NCBI GenBank assembly: GCA_964416195.1
Contig: CAYQDB010000007.1
Location: 78,160 to 142,159 of the forward strand
DNA length: 64,000 bases
Origin: an uncultured Ignavibacteriales bacterium
GTDB taxonomy: Bacteria; Zixibacteria; MSB-5A5; GN15; FEB-12
Reading direction: 5' to 3'
The notes below the pieces were generated by a model. It had not been told where the DNA came from. It did no database searches and worked only from the letters and a program-made list of their open reading frames with translations. The number at the start of each line of letters is the position of its first letter. Position 1 is the first letter of the stretch. The translations under genes were made by a program, and so were the position numbers. Shown piece after piece: positions 61,689 to 64,000 of the stretch.

Positions 61689-61694
61689 TATATT

Positions 61695-62189
61695 ATGAAG
61701 ATGCTCGAAGTAAAAATCGAAGGCCTGGCGCTCGATATGACGACCAACTCACCGGTTGTCATTTTGGCGCCGACCGGGTTGAACAAGGTTCTTCCCATCT
61801 GGATCGGCCATGCCGAGGCATGGGGTATTGCCATGCAGCTTTCCGGCGTTAAGTCGAAGCGGCCCCTGACGTATGATCTTCTGAAGGCAGTGATAGCAAC
61901 CCTTGAAGCCAAGGTCGAGAAGGTTGAAATCACCGAGTTGCGGGAGCAGACGTTCTACGCCCGGCTCCATCTCTCCAGTGACGGAAAACAGTATGAAATA
62001 GACGCTCGTCCCTCCGACTCCATCGCCATAGCACTGAAAACCGGAGCCGCGATCTATGCCAACGAGGAGCTGTTTAACCTCAGTGCCAGTGAGTCTCCGG
62101 AAGCTCCTTCCCTGCCTAATGATCCGGAATCGCTTAGAGATAGGCTGAGGAAGATCAATCCCGAGGATTTTGGCAAGTATTCGCTGTAG
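61695..62189 (+). CDS. Bifunctional nuclease (BFN/DUF151) family protein
   Basis: PVVILAPTG...LPIWIGHAEAWGIAMQL...RPLTYDLL...ARPSDSIAIAL. Confidence 0.75.
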   Translation: MKMLEVKIEGLALDMTTNSPVVILAPTGLNKVLPIWIGHAEAWGIAMQLSGVKSKRPLTYDLLKAVIATLEAKVEKVEITELREQTFYARLHLSSDGKQYEIDARPSDSIAIALKTGAAIYANEELFNLSASESPEAPSLPNDPESLRDRLRKINPEDFGKYSL

Positions 62190-63986
62190 ATGCCGTCAAT
62201 CAGACCGCGCATAATAGTCGGCCTTTTGACCATCCTTGTAGCTGTCGGATCCTCGATTGCGGGCAGCTCCGGTGACCCGGCGGAGGCTGTTTCACTACTG
62301 GCGAAAGGCAAGCGGTTGCTCCGTGAGGGCAATTGGTATCATGCCGCTAAGACCTTCGAGGAGCTGGCGGGGCGGTATCCAAATTCCGAAAACCTCGACC
62401 AGTTCGTTTTCTATCGGGCTAAGGCAAAATATTATTCCGGGGAATTCAGCGAAGCCATCGCAGGATTTACCTATTTTCTGTCCCGCTTTGGCGATTCGCA
62501 GGAAGCTGCTTATGCCCACTTTTTCCTGGCCAATGCCTACTATCGCCACGGTGACATTAGTCTGGCGGCGAGAAACTACCTTGAGGCCTACCGCCTGACA
62601 GACGACGAACAACTGACCGATATGGCAGCGGCATCACTGGCGGCCGCATTTAAGAAGGCCTCTTCCATCAGCATCGGGAAGGCCGACTTTGCAGCGCTCC
62701 CGATCAAGAAGCGATGTTCTCTCTCCAGGGTACTCGCGGATATCCTTGCGGATCGAGGTCAGGCAGCCGCAGCCGAGGAGCTCCGGTTTTCCTGTGGTGG
62801 AAGTACAGATCGAGCGGATATACTGCAAGGCCGATCGAGCAATCGGAAAAACGAGTTGGAAATCGCTATGGTGCTGCCGTTCTCAGGGGAATTGCACTTT
62901 TTTGGTGAAGACATATATGACGGCGCTGCGGTGGCGGCTGAACTTTACCGCAGTAAGGAAACAGGCAACCTGAAGCTGGCGCCATATGACACCAAAGGCG
63001 ATCCGATCAATGCCGCCCGCATCATCGGTGAAGTATCAGAGTCCGAGGCCAGTGCTGCTATCGGTCCTTTGAGCAGCGAAGCGACATCGGTGGTGTCGGC
63101 CAGGTTAAGCTGCGAGTCATTGCCTCTGCTCATACCGGCGGCCACACAGGCCGGACTTACACGGCTGTCGGGAACATCGTTCCAGTTGTCGCCAAATATC
63201 GAGCTTCAAGGTGTGAAAATGGCCGAGTATGCTGTCGACAACCTGCAAGCCAATTCGGCAGCCGTCATAACTTCTACCAGCACCGAGCACCTGCAGATGG
63301 CTAAAGCCTTCTCGCAGAGATTTCAGCAGCTTGGGGGGACGGTGGTTGCAGAAGAACATTACCGTTCTCGCGACAAAGATTTCGGCCCGTATATCAAAGA
63401 TATAAAAGCAATTCTTCTCGGAAAGCATCCCGACTCCATCTTTTTTGTCAACGAGGATGGCGACACGCTTGATCCAGACGGGATACCGGCGCATGTTGAC
63501 TGTCTCTTTCTGCCCGGCAACCCCAGGCAGATTAGGCTGCTACTGCCCCAGATAACGTTCTACAACCTGAACGGTTCATATCTCGGCTCTGACGGTTGGG
63601 GAGATGAGACTGTTCTCAAGCTCGGAGACGACATCACGAAAGGGGCGGTTTTCCCCTCTCCCTTCCTGAGAGGTGCAAGCTCCGAAGAATATGTGCGCTT
63701 TGCTGCCGCCTATGACGCTCGTTTTGGGCATCGACCGAACCGTCTGTCTGCGCTCGGTTATGATGCTGTTCAACTACTCATCGCTGCCACGAGTTCCGGC
63801 ACATGGTCAAGAAAGATGCTGAGTGAAGAACTGAAAAAAGTGCGGGACTATCACGGAGCCTCTGGGGAAATAACCTTTGGAGTCAACCGGGAAAATATAG
63901 AGATGCCACTGTTTCATATTTTGTCCGAGGAAGCTGTCCCGCTTCTGCCATCGACAGACTTAACTGGTTATAAAGAAGACCAATAA
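62190..63986 (+). CDS. Lipoprotein-like TPR (BamD/YfiO-like) plus type-I periplasmic binding (LivK/LpoA-like) fusion protein
   Basis: Signal/anchor N-terminus, TPR-like repeats at aa ~40-150, and a C-terminal ~370 aa with the Peripla_BP_6 pattern (IAMVLPFSGELHFFGEDIYDGA..., GPLSSEA, YDAVQLL). Confidence 0.65.
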   Translation: MPSIRPRIIVGLLTILVAVGSSIAGSSGDPAEAVSLLAKGKRLLREGNWYHAAKTFEELAGRYPNSENLDQFVFYRAKAKYYSGEFSEAIAGFTYFLSRFGDSQEAAYAHFFLANAYYRHGDISLAARNYLEAYRLTDDEQLTDMAAASLAAAFKKASSISIGKADFAALPIKKRCSLSRVLADILADRGQAAAAEELRFSCGGSTDRADILQGRSSNRKNELEIAMVLPFSGELHFFGEDIYDGAAVAAELYRSKETGNLKLAPYDTKGDPINAARIIGEVSESEASAAIGPLSSEATSVVSARLSCESLPLLIPAATQAGLTRLSGTSFQLSPNIELQGVKMAEYAVDNLQANSAAVITSTSTEHLQMAKAFSQRFQQLGGTVVAEEHYRSRDKDFGPYIKDIKAILLGKHPDSIFFVNEDGDTLDPDGIPAHVDCLFLPGNPRQIRLLLPQITFYNLNGSYLGSDGWGDETVLKLGDDITKGAVFPSPFLRGASSEEYVRFAAAYDARFGHRPNRLSALGYDAVQLLIAATSSGTWSRKMLSEELKKVRDYHGASGEITFGVNRENIEMPLFHILSEEAVPLLPSTDLTGYKEDQ

Positions 63987-64000
63987 GCTCGACCCAGGCG

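Noticed and set aside
1-64000. CRISPR arrays, rRNA, tRNA, tmRNA, RNase P and SRP RNA.
   Set aside because: No regularly spaced direct repeats and no recognisable conserved cores of these RNAs were seen in any intergenic region. A covariance-model scan would still be needed to be definitive.

Overview
This 64-kb window comes from the chromosomal replication-origin region of an uncultivated-looking bacterium. A T9SS Por_Secre_tail cargo protein, MglA/MglB and overall gene content suggest an FCB-superphylum-like lineage, but that is only an inference.

Most of the window is housekeeping:
- 0.1-7.3 kb (minus strand): two transcription units covering a PATAN/DUF4388 protein, a small membrane protein, three extra Roadblock/LC7 proteins, MglA, MglB and PilB.
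- 7.4-20 kb: comEC, murJ, rpsT, a fused substrate-binding/TolC protein, rex, alr, yggS and divIVA.
- 20-31 kb: PNP, a REP-associated tyrosine transposase (RAYT) flanked by REP hairpins, pepF, ileS, lspA and apbC.
- 31-45 kb: oriC/dnaA/dnaN, recF, an orphan ABC ATPase, nrdJ behind tandem NrdR boxes, and a stand-alone OLD-family nuclease.
- 45-64 kb: a GT39-TPR protein, an OPT transporter, the T9SS cargo protein, mlaEFD, a dual-REC protein, a Zn-ADH, pth and rpsF-rpsR-DUF2232-rplI.

The best candidate for an undescribed system is a low-GC three-gene cassette at 33.9-36.7 kb, wedged between dnaN and recF. It encodes an unknown 154-aa protein, an unknown 497-aa protein with a near-miss metallopeptidase motif, and a catalytically intact-looking dCTP-deaminase/dUTPase-fold protein.

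Other items worth a second look:
- a low-GC stand-alone OLD nuclease;
- an orphan consensus promoter plus intrinsic terminator predicting an ~80-nt antisense-oriented sRNA upstream of nrdJ;
- a ~100-nt structured repeat present three times, with a compensatory base change;
- GTCAGG/CCTGAC REP hairpins dispersed from the RAYT locus;
- MglA carrying a long disordered tail with a basic amphipathic end;
- regulatory sites: a Rex operator, NrdR boxes, DnaA boxes and a 16-bp perfect palindrome inside a promoter.

No rRNA, tRNA or CRISPR array was seen. All calls come from reading the sequence and ORF translations by eye; no searches were run.
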